DNA of 64,000 nucleotides from an uncultured Trueperaceae bacterium (GTDB lineage Bacteria; Deinococcota; Deinococci; Deinococcales; Trueperaceae): NCBI GenBank assembly GCA_963815215.1, contig CAWFFU010000004.1, positions 1 to 64,000 of the forward strand, read 5' to 3'. Shown piece by piece: positions 62,439 to 64,000 of this stretch (position 1 is its first letter; each line of letters starts with the position of its first letter). The notes under the pieces were generated by a model. It saw only the letters and a program-made list of their open reading frames with translations, ran no database searches and was not told where the DNA came from. The position numbers and the translations under genes were made by a program.

Positions 62439-64000
62439 GTGTCCGACGATACCTTGGCTTGGATGAACGAGCTCACGGCCGAGATGGAGGAGCGGCGCAA
62501 GCGGGTCGAGACCGGAGGCGGCGAGGCGCGCGTTCGCAAGCAGCACGAAGCCGGCAAGCTCACCGCGCGTGAGCGGATCGACGCGCTCCTCGACGAGGGG
62601 AGCTTCGTCGAGCTCGGCGTCTTCGTGAAGCACCGCGGCGGCGAGCTGATGGACGGTGTCGAGGCGCCGGGCGAGGGCGTGGTCACCGGTTACGGCACCG
62701 TCGCGGGTCGCACGGTGTTCGTGTTCAGCCAGGACTTCACCGTGCTGGGCGGCAGCCTGGGGAAGATGCACGGCGCCAAGATCGCCACCGTGATGGACCT
62801 GGCGGTGAAGACGGGCGCACCCATCATCGGGCTCAACGACTCGGCCGGCGCGCGTATCCACGAGGGCGTCGACTCGCTCTCCGGCTACGGCGAGGTCTTC
62901 TACCGCAACGCGATCTACTCCGGGGTGGTGCCACAGCTCTCCGCCATCCTCGGTCCGTGCGCCGGTGGCGCGGTGTACAGCCCTGCCCTCACCGACTTCG
63001 TGCTGATGGCCAAGGGCAGCTCCTACATGTTCATCACCGGCCCCGAAGTGATCAAGCAGGTCACCAAGGAGGACGTGAGCTTCGAGGACCTGGGCGGCGC
63101 CGACGTGCACAACCGCACCTCGGGGGTGGCGCACCTGGAGGCGGAGGACGACGCGGCGGTATTGCACAAGGTGCGTGAGCTGCTGGGGTACCTGCCGCAG
63201 TCGGCCAAGGACCGGCCCCCGCGCCGGTCCACCCGCGACCCCGAGGAGCGCGAGACGCCCGAGCTGCTCTCGATCGTGCACCCGGACCAGCGCCGCCCTT
63301 ATCCCATGATCGACGTCGTGCACGCACTGGTCGACGACCAGCGGTTCCTCGAGATCCAGCCCGACTTCGCCCGCAACATCCTGGTGGGCTTCGCCCACCT
63401 GGGCGGACAATCGGTCGGGATCGTGGCCAACAACCCGCGGCACCTGGCCGGCACGCTCACCATCGATGCCAGCGACAAGGCGGCGCGCTTCATCCGTACC
63501 TGCGACGCCTTCAACGTTCCCCTGGTCACCCTGGTCGACGTCACCGGCTTCCTACCCGGCGTGGCGCAGGAGCACGCCGGTATCATCCGGCACGGCGCCA
63601 AGATGCTCTACGCCTACGCCGAGGCCACCGTCCCCAAGATCACGCTGATCGTGCGCAAGAGCTACGGGGGCGCGTACCTGGCGATGAACTCGCGGGACAT
63701 GGGCTCGGACGTGGTGCTGGCCTGGCCCACCTCGGCCGTGGCGGTGATGGGCGCGGAGGGGGCCGCCAGCATCATCTACCGGCGTGAGATCCAGGGTGCG
63801 AGCGATCCCCAGGGACTGCGCAGCCAGCGCATCGAAGAGTACCGACGCCGCTTCGACAACCCCTACGTGGCGGCGGGCTTCGGCTACATCGACGACGTCA
63901 TCGACCCCAAGGACACGCGCCGCCACCTCATCCGGCACCTGCGCATGTTGGAGTCCAAGGAGCAGGCGCTGCCGTTCAAGAAGCACGGGAACATGCCGCT
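62439..64000 (+). CDS. pccB: Acyl-CoA carboxylase beta subunit (runs off the window at ...KKHGNMPL)
   Basis: GKLTARERI, QDFTVLGGSLG, GPCAGGAVYSPA, RKSYGGAY; SD GGAGG then GTG. Absent from the ORF track because the stop is outside the window. Confidence 0.92.
   Translation, partial: MSDDTLAWMNELTAEMEERRKRVETGGGEARVRKQHEAGKLTARERIDALLDEGSFVELGVFVKHRGGELMDGVEAPGEGVVTGYGTVAGRTVFVFSQDFTVLGGSLGKMHGAKIATVMDLAVKTGAPIIGLNDSAGARIHEGVDSLSGYGEVFYRNAIYSGVVPQLSAILGPCAGGAVYSPALTDFVLMAKGSSYMFITGPEVIKQVTKEDVSFEDLGGADVHNRTSGVAHLEAEDDAAVLHKVRELLGYLPQSAKDRPPRRSTRDPEERETPELLSIVHPDQRRPYPMIDVVHALVDDQRFLEIQPDFARNILVGFAHLGGQSVGIVANNPRHLAGTLTIDASDKAARFIRTCDAFNVPLVTLVDVTGFLPGVAQEHAGIIRHGAKMLYAYAEATVPKITLIVRKSYGGAYLAMNSRDMGSDVVLAWPTSAVAVMGAEGAASIIYRREIQGASDPQGLRSQRIEEYRRRFDNPYVAAGFGYIDDVIDPKDTRRHLIRHLRMLESKEQALPFKKHGNMP

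Overview
A very GC-rich bacterial chromosomal segment, most likely Deinococcota (Trueperaceae-like). This is inferred from the 23S-5S-tRNA-Gly(GCC) arrangement, a Gfh1-type Gre factor near lysS, Thermus-type GlnK T-loops and many leaderless genes. Housekeeping content includes nucleoside (BMP) and osmoprotectant ABC transporters, two amt-glnK pairs, a speA/aguA/aguB polyamine cluster, divergent nfo and nucS, a MacAB-like exporter, MarR-MFS, KhtT/KhtU, GalT, FtsB and the start of pccB. No integrase, transposase or CRISPR array was seen. Five observations stand out. (1) At least four promoters start directly on a short unannotated leaderless ORF whose stop overlaps the next gene's start by exactly 4 nt (ATGA/GTGA). 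(2) An FG-GAP lipoprotein has two long Ser/Thr-rich beta-hairpin-like segments resembling pore-forming stems. (3) A repeat lipoprotein has 11-bp-phased upstream repeats and a small partner ORF. (4) A consensus promoter runs straight into a terminator. (5) A shared motif abuts the -35 of both amt promoters. All calls come from reading the sequence by eye; no searches were run.
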